Source of the DNA: Eubacteriales bacterium
GTDB taxonomy: Bacteria; Bacillota; Clostridia; Oscillospirales; CAG-272
NCBI GenBank assembly: GCA_045127235.1
Contig: JBGVPY010000065.1
Location: 5,546-69,545 of the forward strand
Length of the DNA stretch: 64,000 nucleotides
Direction of reading: 5' to 3'
In this document: in pieces, positions 1 to 7,890 of the stretch
Numbering within the stretch: the first letter of the stretch is position 1
Layout: each line of letters begins with the position of its first letter
Made by a program: the position numbers and the translations under genes
Notes under the pieces: model-generated
Told to the model about the DNA's origin: nothing
Databases searched by the model: none
The model's input: only the letters and a program-made list of their open reading frames with translations

Positions 1-800
1 ATTACTTGGTTTGACATGCCGCCAACCTTATTTGTTCTCATAAGTGATTTAGCGGCTAAGAATAAATGGTCTGGTATAATGCGAGGGAACATATTTGTAT
101 AAACTCCCTCTTTGTGGTGTCGATAAATGCCTGTATATCGTTCATTGCGAAGAATACGATATATATTTTTTGTTTCAAAAGGTTTACCATTGGTCTGAGT
201 TATACCTTCATCAGTAAGAGCCTTAACAATATCTTTAGCAATAGTTCCAGCAATGTACATTTCAAATATGCGATTGATAACGGTAGCTTGTTCCTCACAA
301 ACTACATATTTTTTATTTACTACCTTGTAGCCGTATGGAATACCGCCTCCAAAGTAGTTACCTTTGATACGAGTTTCTTTTTGTCCTCTACTTACTTTTT
401 GAGCAAGTTCAACAGAGTAGTATTCAGCCATACCTTCAAGAAGCGATTCCAAAATAATTCCTTCCGGACCTTCTGGAATGTGTTCTTTAGCTGATACAAC
501 TTGAATACCTCTATCTTTTAAGGTTTTCTTGTGAATAGCCATTTCATATTTGTTACGGGAAAAACGGTCAAGCTTATATACAAGCACCATATCCCAATCC
601 GCTTTTTGAGCGTCTTTAAGCATTCTTTGAAAATCAGTTCTATTATCGTTAGTACCTGTCATAGCTCTGTCAATGTATGTACCAACAATGGCAATATCAT
701 TGTATTTAGCATATTCATAGCACTCACGGAGCTGACCTTCAATGGATTGCTCAGTTTGTCCTGCACTCGAATAACGAGCATAAATTACAGCAGTTTTCAT
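1..800 (-). CDS. large serine recombinase (integrase), N-terminal part; 3' end runs off the window
   Basis: Absent from the ORF track because it has no in-window stop. Minus-strand ATG at 800-798 follows AAGGAG (807-812). Translation MKTAVIYARYSSAGQTEQSIEGQLREC...DMVLVYKLDRFSRN...GGGIPYGYKV shows a resolvase catalytic domain (Ser in YARYSS) followed by a recombinase domain, and continues past position 1. Confidence 0.85.
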   Translation of the reverse strand, partial: MKTAVIYARYSSAGQTEQSIEGQLRECYEYAKYNDIAIVGTYIDRAMTGTNDNRTDFQRMLKDAQKADWDMVLVYKLDRFSRNKYEMAIHKKTLKDRGIQVVSAKEHIPEGPEGIILESLLEGMAEYYSVELAQKVSRGQKETRIKGNYFGGGIPYGYKVVNKKYVVCEEQATVINRIFEMYIAGTIAKDIVKALTDEGITQTNGKPFETKNIYRILRNERYTGIYRHHKEGVYTNMFPRIIPDHLFLAAKSLMRTNKVGGMSNQV

Positions 801-1135
801 TTTTATCTCCTTTCGAATTTTATCTTTTTTACTAATTGTAAACTAATTAAGTCCTTCTTTCCAATACTGATATATTTCGAAAAAGCACCTATTTATTCAA
901 CAAGAATTTATGATGAATTTATGATTTCTTACTGATTTATTACTTAAAACAGAAAAAAACCAAAAACATCACCCTCACACGACCATAAAAACGGAAGCTT
1001 GTGAACGTGGCAAAAAATGTGAGTATTTACGAAGATAAAAAAAGTGTCGCCAAATTAAATAATGTAGGGTTATTAGCCCTTATTTTATCTTCTTAACTCT
1101 TCACGAGAACCGGATTTTATGGTATAACCCAAAAC

Positions 1136-1262
1136 AAATCAGTAGTCAATCAGTAATCAATCATATAAAAACCAAAATAAAACCAAAGAAGAAAAGAAAA
1201 AAATAGGTAATCAATCGTAAATGGAATGGGCTAAAAAAGAAGTACCAACATGATGTATATTA
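1136..1262 (+). repeat. repeated intergenic control module, copy A (double 11-mer + conserved promoter-like block)
   Basis: aaatcagtagtcaatcagtaatcaatc (1136-1162), then an AT-rich spacer, then aaataggta...gggctaaaaaagaagtaccaac plus TATATT. Colinear with 3417-3533. Confidence 0.7.
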
Positions 1263-1288
1263 AAGACGGAGAAAAGAAAGGAGGAAAA

Positions 1289-1465
1289 ATGCTAAAGGAA
1301 ATAGAAATAGGGGAAAATCCTTTAGGAATAAAAATATTCATCAACGCAGAGCCGAATTTAGAAAGCGTTCCAAAAGAAGAAATGGAAACCTTAATAGTAG
1401 AAACAGAGGTTCTAATTTCAGAGATATTTGAGAAAAATGTTAAGCGAAGAAAGCCTAAAAAATGA
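1289..1465 (+). CDS. small hypothetical protein (58 aa)
   Basis: The track ORF is 1250-1465. The internal ATG at 1289 sits 5 nt after AAAGGAGG, and the upstream part overlaps the conserved promoter-like block. Confidence 0.5.
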   Translation: MLKEIEIGENPLGIKIFINAEPNLESVPKEEMETLIVETEVLISEIFEKNVKRRKPKK

Positions 1466-1512
1466 TAATGTCGTGATTTCAGGACACCCTCAAAAAAGTT
1501 CAAAAAAGTATA

Positions 1513-1541
1513 TTGACAAAGTGTAATTTATGTAGTATAAT
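1513..1541 (+). promoter_or_regulatory. sigma-70-type promoter of the repressor gene
   Basis: TTGACA (1513-1518), 17-nt spacer, TATAAT (1536-1541). Confidence 0.65.
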
Positions 1542-1548
1542 CAAAAAC

Positions 1549-1561
1549 GAACTACAAGTTC
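1549..1561. promoter_or_regulatory. palindromic operator candidate GAACT-ACA-AGTTC
   Basis: Perfect 5-3-5 inverted repeat immediately downstream of the -10. It resembles the firmicute LexA box but has N5 rather than N4 between GAAC and GTTC. Confidence 0.5.
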
Positions 1562-1588
1562 AATATTGCAAAAAGAGAGGGTGAGGTT

Positions 1589-2236
1589 ATGAAAACCTTC
1601 AATGCAGAAAAATTAAAAAAAGTTGCAGACTTCATAATTTCACATATAAGAAATTATGGCGAAGCTCCATCATTAAGGGAGATTTGTGAAGGATGCAATA
1701 TTAGTTCTAAAGGAACGGTTCAAAATATTCTAATTGAGCTTGAGAGAAGAGAGATAATTTCTTTTGAAAAAAGAGGAAAAAGAAATTTCATTTCAGTACC
1801 AAGCAATTTAGAAAAAGGTGAAATATCAAACGCAGCACTTGTAGGAGCATGTTCTTGCGGTGAGCCAATATTGGCGGTTGAAAATATTGAAGCTACAATT
1901 CCACTACCTGTAGAGATATTTGGAGACGGTCAACACATTATTCTCATAGCAAAGGGCTCAAGTATGATAAAGAGGGGAATATTTAATGGCGACTATATGG
2001 TAGTCAATACCTCTGTATCAGCAAATATAGGTGATGTGGTAATTGCCAGAGTTAACAATGAGGAAGCAACGGCTAAGGTATTAAGGAAAGCAAAAGGAAA
2101 ATATTACTTAGAGCCGGCAAATGACGAAGTTGACGAAAATGGCGAGAGGGTATATAAGGATATTCACCCTAAAGGCGAATGGGAAATAATTGGAGTAGTT
2201 AAGCACATAATACATAATGTAGAAAAAAATGTTTAA
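1589..2236 (+). CDS. LexA/CI-like repressor with S24 self-cleaving peptidase domain
   Basis: N-terminal winged-helix region (SLREICEGCNISSKGTVQNILIELERREIISF). Cleavage-site region ACSCGEPILAVENIE, catalytic Ser in GSSMIKRGI, Lys in ATAKVL. Confidence 0.85.
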   Translation: MKTFNAEKLKKVADFIISHIRNYGEAPSLREICEGCNISSKGTVQNILIELERREIISFEKRGKRNFISVPSNLEKGEISNAALVGACSCGEPILAVENIEATIPLPVEIFGDGQHIILIAKGSSMIKRGIFNGDYMVVNTSVSANIGDVVIARVNNEEATAKVLRKAKGKYYLEPANDEVDENGERVYKDIHPKGEWEIIGVVKHIIHNVEKNV

Positions 2237-2430
2237 CTCAATGTCATAGGAGTGCCAAAGGCATAAAGAAACAAATAAGGTAATTAACTCAACGAAATCC
2301 CCGTTTTAGTTGCAGTAATTATATATTGGTATTAGAATTAACTAATAAAATGTAGGAAACTCCCATTCCGAACAGGAAATTAGTATCTTCTCCAAGATTT
2401 TAATACCGTGGGAACATAGGAGGTGTAATT

Positions 2431-2601
2431 GTGCTACCAGAATCAACAGTACGTTGCCCTGAGTGTTTCAGTTTTATGAATGTAAAGCTACAAGAGAATG
2501 GAAAAGAGTGTGGGACATGCCACCATTGTAATTCTCTGATAGTGTTGCAACGTGCAAAGGATAAGAAAGTTATCAAAATCACAAAGCAGAAAACTAAATA
2601 A
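2431..2601 (+). CDS. small zinc-ribbon protein (56 aa)
   Basis: GTG start 7 nt after GGAGGTG. VLPESTVRCPECFSFMNV...CGTCHHCNS has CxxC...CxxC. Preferred over the antisense track ORF 2400-2582. Confidence 0.55.
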   Translation: MLPESTVRCPECFSFMNVKLQENGKECGTCHHCNSLIVLQRAKDKKVIKITKQKTK

Positions 2602-2693
2602 GAAACGTTTATTAAGCAAAGTTGGTTGTGAGAAAATCGACACGTAATCCCTGCTCAATACTTAATAAATAAGGTTCGTGTAAAGGTATATAG

Positions 2694-2742
2694 CCCCTAC
2701 GGATAAAAGCTCATAGAAGCTTTATTCGTGGGGGTATTTTTT
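2694..2742 (+). terminator. intrinsic terminator
   Basis: Imperfect long stem cccctacggataaaagc / gctttattcgtgggg followed by a T-run. Confidence 0.55.
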
Positions 2743-2759
2743 ATGAAAAGGAGAAAAAT

Positions 2760-3062
2760 ATGATGGAAAAAAATAAAATTATCAAGGATCTCAATGAGAT
2801 TAAATATTATTATTCACATAAGGAGTTTTTCGACAACTCCTACAGCATTACCGGCAACAATAAGGTGCTTAATACAATAGAGCGTTACAACAAAGCAATT
2901 TGTGATGCCGACCAAAAAATTCATGAATTATTTGTACTTATGTACATTCAAGGCTTATCTTGGGAAGTAGTAGCGGCAACAAAGCCGTGTTCAATGGACT
3001 ATATATTCAGACACCATAGAAGATTACTTAAATTCTTCCAAGAACATGTACAAGCTGCGTAA
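2760..3062 (+). CDS. hypothetical regulator, sigma-70 region-4-like HTH (phage late-regulator type)
   Basis: The C-terminal part LFVLMYIQGLSWEVVA...MDYIFRHHRRLLKFF resembles a region 4.2 HTH. Judged by eye only. Confidence 0.35.
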   Translation: MMEKNKIIKDLNEIKYYYSHKEFFDNSYSITGNNKVLNTIERYNKAICDADQKIHELFVLMYIQGLSWEVVAATKPCSMDYIFRHHRRLLKFFQEHVQAA

Positions 3063-3074
3063 GGTGGTGAAGAT

Positions 3075-3335
3075 ATGGCAATGACAAAAAGTGGATATAT
3101 GCCTGACTTTATGGTAGGTGCTAACAACGTTTACAGAACGAAGCAATTTATTGTAAAGCAAGAGATTACGATAGTGATGTCAGCGAATAATGATTCCTAC
3201 ATTATTAGTAATGACACGTATTATTTAAGAAATCCAAAAAGAGATTTTGAGTTTGCTATGTGTTTTAAAAACAGACGTTCTCTTAACGGCAAGAGATTAC
3301 CCTGTTCCTCATACACAAGAAAATATGTAGAATAA
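3075..3335 (+). CDS. hypothetical protein
   Basis: ORF with GGTGGTGA RBS, followed by a terminator. Confidence 0.6.
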   Translation: MAMTKSGYMPDFMVGANNVYRTKQFIVKQEITIVMSANNDSYIISNDTYYLRNPKRDFEFAMCFKNRRSLNGKRLPCSSYTRKYVE

Positions 3336-3340
3336 AATAA

Positions 3341-3378
3341 AATCGGTTGATTTCATACACGGGATCAACCGATTTTTT
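3341..3378 (+). terminator. intrinsic terminator
   Basis: aatcggttgat / atcaaccgatt stem followed by TTTTTT. Confidence 0.75.
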
Positions 3379-3416
3379 AATTTTGCCGACAAAATCAATG
3401 CTAAATAAATCGGTGA

Positions 3417-3533
3417 AAATCAGTAATCAATCAGTAATCTTACCAAAATATATAGTAAAAATTTAAGATAAAAATAGGTAGTGAATAGGTAATGCTTAGG
3501 GCTAAAAAAGAAGTGCCACCTTGTGATAGAATC
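3417..3533 (+). repeat. repeated intergenic control module, copy B, with extended -10 promoter
   Basis: aaatcagtaatcaatcagtaatc (3417-3439), then aaataggta...gggctaaaaaagaagtgccacc, then TGaTAGAAT (3524-3532). Confidence 0.7.
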
Positions 3534-3739
3534 TTAGTGTAATCACGAGAGAGCAAGAAAATAACCGATTGGTTGTAGCGGCAAATCGAGGATGATAAAG
3601 GTGGCCACCTGCCGAGACAGATCGCACAAACAAAACGTTTAGAAGCTCTGATTACAAAGTACAATTTAATATAGCCGATGAGGCAAAAAATTACTATTTA
3701 TTATAGCATGCAAAATTTTAAGAAAAGAGGTAAAAAATC

Positions 3740-4066
3740 ATGGCAGAAAAGAAGAGCGCACCTGTAAAAGCTCCTGCAACTAATACAAGACGTTGGGAGA
3801 CACCTTCCTACCGTGCTGCATATTACGCAGTTGAGAGAAAGAACAAGGTGCATATGAGAGGACAGAAGAACGGACACGAGCTTACACCTACAGAAGCAAC
3901 ATTCCGTTCAGGATATTTGCAGTGTCAGGGCGACCATGCAGCGTCATACAAGTATCATAAGGCGATTGCCGAGGGTAAGACAAAGCAGGAAGCAACACTC
4001 ATTTCCCAGTCTGTAAACTCAAGACCGGCGCAGTTGCCACCGCCTAAGAAAAAGAAAGGCAACTAA
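3740..4066 (+). CDS. hypothetical basic protein (108 aa)
   Basis: AGAGGT RBS. Lys/Arg-rich N- and C-termini (PPPKKKKGN). First gene after a ~210-nt leader. Confidence 0.7.
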   Translation: MAEKKSAPVKAPATNTRRWETPSYRAAYYAVERKNKVHMRGQKNGHELTPTEATFRSGYLQCQGDHAASYKYHKAIAEGKTKQEATLISQSVNSRPAQLPPPKKKKGN

Positions 4067-4136
4067 TTTAGGGTAATAAGTAACCCAAACGAAAAATCTA
4101 TCAAATCAATTTATTAAATTTTAGGAGGTAAAAAAT

Positions 4137-4478
4137 ATGAACAAGACAATTTTTGTCAAGAGAGAAACTTATGAAAAGGACGGTAAGGTACGTTTTACAT
4201 ACTTTGTTGAGGGTAACGTAAGAGGTCAGTATGTTAAGGCATCAGTAGTTCCACACGACTTTGGTGGTTACGGCGTACTTGATATCGTATTTAACGGTGC
4301 AATGGAAGCCGAGCTTATCACTAAGAACTTTGAAATGAAGGATGAAAAGGGCAAGGTAACAGGTACAGTTACAACCTACGCTGTAATTTCAAAGGACGAG
4401 GATGGCACAGTATATGAATGTGCTGTTAAGCCTAATCGTAAGTCCGACAAGGACTATCTCGGTATGCTTGTAAGATAA
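4137..4478 (+). CDS. hypothetical small beta-rich protein (possible ssDNA-binding analogue; speculative)
   Basis: AGGAGG RBS, 113 aa, directly followed by a strong terminator. Size and position resemble inovirus gene V. No motif proof. Confidence 0.7.
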   Translation: MNKTIFVKRETYEKDGKVRFTYFVEGNVRGQYVKASVVPHDFGGYGVLDIVFNGAMEAELITKNFEMKDEKGKVTGTVTTYAVISKDEDGTVYECAVKPNRKSDKDYLGMLVR

Positions 4479-4505
4479 GAAAAGCATAGAATAACTAACG
4501 AAATG

Positions 4506-4541
4506 GGCTTGTGTTCAAATACGAGCACAAGCCTATTTTTT
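4506..4541 (+). terminator. intrinsic terminator / attenuator
   Basis: ggcttgtg...cacaagcc stem plus T-run. Confidence 0.75.
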
Positions 4542-4572
4542 ACTTTAAAATCAAATTTTAGGAGGATTTTTA

Positions 4573-5745
4573 ATGAAAAAGAGAATTTTAGCATTCATTT
4601 TATGTATTCTTACGGTTTTCACTTGTGTAATTATCACAAGCTGCTCACCGGAGGATAAAACAGATAATTCATCCACAGGTACGGAAGAAAAGGACGACGG
4701 ATACAAGGTTGTTCCTGTTGATAATGTACCTGATGTAGCAACAATGGATGGAACAGCAATGGTATCAAATGTGTCATATAAAATGGCACGTAGTGGTATG
4801 GTATTTGCTACTCCTACCGCTTATTCAAGAACAGCAGGCGAGGGCATTACTCTTGAAGCAACAGTTGAGCCTTCATTTGCGACAAAAACAGCAGTAGATT
4901 GGTCTGTTTCATTTGCTAATCCCGAAAGTACATGGGCAACAGGCAAGAATGTAACAGATTATGTAACGATTACACCTACATCCGATGGTAGTTTAACTGC
5001 AAACCTTGTATGTGTGCAGCCTTTTGGTGAGCAGATTATCGTAAAGGTAATGTCAAGGGAAAATGCAGAAATTTCAGACACGTGTCCCCTTGAATATATG
5101 CGTAGAGTAGAGGATGTTTACCTTACTATTGGTAACGATATTACACTCACACCCGATTCACCTACATATGTAGATTTTGAAATTGCATCCGGCAATAAGG
5201 GTAAGGGTGGTAAGGTATTACTCCACGTAGAATTTACCGACGTTTATACCATTGAGTCTTGGGCTGGTGATGGTTATGACGCTTCTGACCTCAGTCAGTG
5301 GGGAGTTATTGCAGGAAATACATCATTAAATGAAAGAGGTTCAATGTCCTCGTTTGAAGGACAGCTCTCAGGCGGCGGAGTTAAATTTACAGGCGTACCT
5401 AATTTCTGCTATGTAGAGTGGACTAAGGATAAGGATATTTACTTTGATGTAGATTACCTTTCTGACCTTGGAGCTTATCTTATGAAGGATTCGGGTGGTG
5501 CTACATATAACATCAACAACGAAGATCCTGAGTTTTTAAATGCAGTTCTTACTGATGCAAAAGCAAGAGGTACAGACACACTCTTCTGGTTTGAGGTTAT
5601 TCACCCTACAAACAACAGAATCCATTTTGAAGTAAAGATTGGCGACATTGTAAATAGTGGTGTAGCACCTAAAAATATTACTCTTAATCAAACAACATAT
5701 GATTTCAACGCAACCGAGCTTGATTATTTGAAGTTTGGAGAGTGA
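4573..5745 (+). CDS. lipoprotein with Big_2-like Ig domain
   Basis: Signal peptide with lipobox IITSC. ITLEATVEPSFATKTAVDWSVS...VTITPTSDGSLTANLVC is Big_2-like. Paralog of 6367-7314. Confidence 0.75.
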   Translation: MKKRILAFILCILTVFTCVIITSCSPEDKTDNSSTGTEEKDDGYKVVPVDNVPDVATMDGTAMVSNVSYKMARSGMVFATPTAYSRTAGEGITLEATVEPSFATKTAVDWSVSFANPESTWATGKNVTDYVTITPTSDGSLTANLVCVQPFGEQIIVKVMSRENAEISDTCPLEYMRRVEDVYLTIGNDITLTPDSPTYVDFEIASGNKGKGGKVLLHVEFTDVYTIESWAGDGYDASDLSQWGVIAGNTSLNERGSMSSFEGQLSGGGVKFTGVPNFCYVEWTKDKDIYFDVDYLSDLGAYLMKDSGGATYNINNEDPEFLNAVLTDAKARGTDTLFWFEVIHPTNNRIHFEVKIGDIVNSGVAPKNITLNQTTYDFNATELDYLKFGE

Positions 5746-5753
5746 TTTAAGAA

Positions 5754-6374
5754 ATGAGCAATAACACAAACAAGGTATTAAGAATTTGTGCAATCGTGGT
5801 TGTAGTGCTTATTTTAGTCGCTGTTATTGCTTTTATAGCTATCAATGTAGTGAGAGAGTCGCAAAAAGCGAATTTCTACTTAGTGCATAATGGCACACAA
5901 ATTACAGAAAGCACAAATGAAATGTTGCTTGAAAGAGGAACACCTGAGAAATTTGAAATAGCATATTTTGAAGGTATGGAAGAAGAAAAACAGGGCTATT
6001 ACGTAACTGTTGAATGTATTCCGGGCGGCAATAATTTCTATTTCAAGATCCAAGGTCAAGACTCTTCATTTTATGCAACGAAATCCGACGTAACAGAGTT
6101 TTTTGAAATTGATAAGCAAGAGGAATATTTTACTATTACTCTTGATGAAGATTATCGAGCAACAGATGTTATTGAGTGGGTTTATTCAGACAAGAGAGTT
6201 TACTTCCCAGAGGAAGTAGATTGCTCAAAAGCCTTCTTTCAAATCGTAGTTCACTTAGAGGATGGCACAAGCGTATATAAAATGCCATTCAGATGTGAAT
6301 ATGTGGCAGAAGGCATCAACATAGACAAAGGAACAGTACCAGACTATTTCGGAGGAGGATTTAGTAATGAATAA
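5754..6374 (+). CDS. N-terminally anchored membrane protein, paralog of 7327-7890
   Basis: TM segment ICAIVVVVLILVAVIAFIAI. Shares the GYYVTVE...FYF...EEYFTIT pattern with 7327-7890. Confidence 0.7.
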   Translation: MSNNTNKVLRICAIVVVVLILVAVIAFIAINVVRESQKANFYLVHNGTQITESTNEMLLERGTPEKFEIAYFEGMEEEKQGYYVTVECIPGGNNFYFKIQGQDSSFYATKSDVTEFFEIDKQEEYFTITLDEDYRATDVIEWVYSDKRVYFPEEVDCSKAFFQIVVHLEDGTSVYKMPFRCEYVAEGINIDKGTVPDYFGGGFSNE

Positions 6375-7314
6375 GATAGCAGGTATTATAATAGCTATTT
6401 TAATCCTTATGGTAGTGGGCTTAGGAATAGGACTTTTTGTACAAGCCTCTCCTGACGAACCTGAGAAATTAGGTGATGTAGTAGAGCCTACACCTTTGGA
6501 TGAACAGCTTAACATGGAAATGGAGAATAGCGAACATATTGAATTGCTCGCAGCTCCTATGACAATCGGTGAAAATTGTGTAACAAAAACACTCACCGCA
6601 GTTATTATTCCAGCAACAGCAGAGGACAAAACGGTAGATTGGAGTGTAGCTTGGGGAGATACAACCAAAACAGAAAATGTACAAGATTACATTAAGGTTG
6701 TACCAACAGGTGATGGCTCAAATGTAGCAAATGTCAACTGTTATAAGCAATTTACAGGTGAAATCATAATCACTGTAACAACAAGAACAGGCGGTTTCAA
6801 GGCTAAATGTACAGCAACATATATTGGTGTACCTACAAGCATTAAGGTAAGTTCAACACTTACTAAAAATAGCAATAACACTTATGAAATTCAGCCTAAT
6901 TCAACAGCATCATTCCTTATTGAACAGGAAAGCATTTTAGGTGATGTAAAAGCAGGTGGATATAACAACTATGAAATCACTACAAAAGGCTTCGGTTCAG
7001 TAATTCTCGGCTATTATGAAACATATAGGAGTGGTGGCGAGAATTGGTATGATGCAAGTGATGAAATCTATAATTATGAAGATTTGATGGAGAATTACAT
7101 CACCATTAAATTAAGTGGCAATTCTGTTCAAGTGGAAACACACGAACCGATTGAAGATTATTATAAGTCGGTTAGTGTAATTGACGGTGGCAGAACAAGA
7201 GCATATAAGGACAAATTCCGTTCTTATGTAAGCGATTGTTACGTTTTAGTTACTGTAACAGAAAAGACTTCTGGTCTTTCAACAAGCTTTAAGGTAGCAG
7301 TTGCTAAGCAGTAA
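6367..7314 (+). CDS. membrane-anchored protein with Big_2-like domain
   Basis: N-terminal TM. LTAVIIPATAEDKTVDWSVAWGD...VVPTGDGSNVANVNC. Overlaps the upstream stop by 8 nt. Confidence 0.75.
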   Translation: MNKIAGIIIAILILMVVGLGIGLFVQASPDEPEKLGDVVEPTPLDEQLNMEMENSEHIELLAAPMTIGENCVTKTLTAVIIPATAEDKTVDWSVAWGDTTKTENVQDYIKVVPTGDGSNVANVNCYKQFTGEIIITVTTRTGGFKAKCTATYIGVPTSIKVSSTLTKNSNNTYEIQPNSTASFLIEQESILGDVKAGGYNNYEITTKGFGSVILGYYETYRSGGENWYDASDEIYNYEDLMENYITIKLSGNSVQVETHEPIEDYYKSVSVIDGGRTRAYKDKFRSYVSDCYVLVTVTEKTSGLSTSFKVAVAKQ

Positions 7315-7326
7315 GGAGGCGATAGA

Positions 7327-7890
7327 ATGAAGGTTATAACATTTATAGTCAAAATTCTTATCGTTCTTATGCTTTTAGTTGCGATAATGGGAGTTATCGT
7401 ATATTTTGGCGGCTATGACTTTTTCGTAACTTGTGAGGGCGAAACCATATTTGACGTGGGTGGAGGCTTCACGGTATCAAAGGACGAGCCGTTAAGGGTT
7501 GATGTAGGGTATGTAAAGGCAAATGGTGGAAATGCGGAAAATAAAGGTTATTCAGTAAGAGTCGTACCTAATCCGATAAACGGAAAGGACTTTGATTTTG
7601 TAATGAATAACGCAATATATTCCTTCCAAGCAGAGCCGGACTTAACTGATGGTTTTATTATTGAGGAACACGATACATATTTTACAATCGCTCCGAAGGG
7701 TGGCATTACTCAAATTTTAAGAGCAGTACACCCTAATTCAGCAGTAGAAGATTGCAGAACCAAAGCATACGACAATATGTATTCTATTATCATTTATTCA
7801 AATGATGGAGATAAGTATGTAAAGGTTAATTTCTCAATCGTAGAAAGCCTTGAGGGTGTAGAGCTTGACAAGGAGGCGATTCAATTTTGA
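7327..7890 (+). CDS. N-terminally anchored membrane protein, paralog of 5754-6374
   Basis: TM VKILIVLMLLVAIMGVIVYF. GYSVRVVPNP...DTYFTIAPKGG. Confidence 0.7.
   Translation: MKVITFIVKILIVLMLLVAIMGVIVYFGGYDFFVTCEGETIFDVGGGFTVSKDEPLRVDVGYVKANGGNAENKGYSVRVVPNPINGKDFDFVMNNAIYSFQAEPDLTDGFIIEEHDTYFTIAPKGGITQILRAVHPNSAVEDCRTKAYDNMYSIIIYSNDGDKYVKVNFSIVESLEGVELDKEAIQF

Noticed and set aside
66-935. Plus-strand track ORFs 66-494 and 531-935
   Set aside because: They lie antisense to the clearly coding serine recombinase (minus strand, 1-800) and have low-complexity, Phe/Ile/Ser-rich translations typical of AT-rich antisense frames.
1231-1503. Minus-strand ORF 1231-1503
   Set aside because: It is antisense to the small plus-strand ORF and the conserved promoter block. 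It has no RBS and a hydrophobic low-complexity translation.
1549-1561. Canonical host LexA (Cheo/DinR) box
   Set aside because: The spacing is GAAC-N5-GTTC, not N4. I call it an operator candidate for the element's own repressor only.
2400-2582. Minus-strand ORF 2400-2582
   Set aside because: The plus strand encodes a zinc-ribbon peptide with a good RBS (2431-2601). The minus ORF has no RBS and no recognisable features.
3440-3664. Minus-strand ORF 3440-3664
   Set aside because: It overlaps the repeated promoter module and the leader of the structural operon, so it is more likely non-coding.
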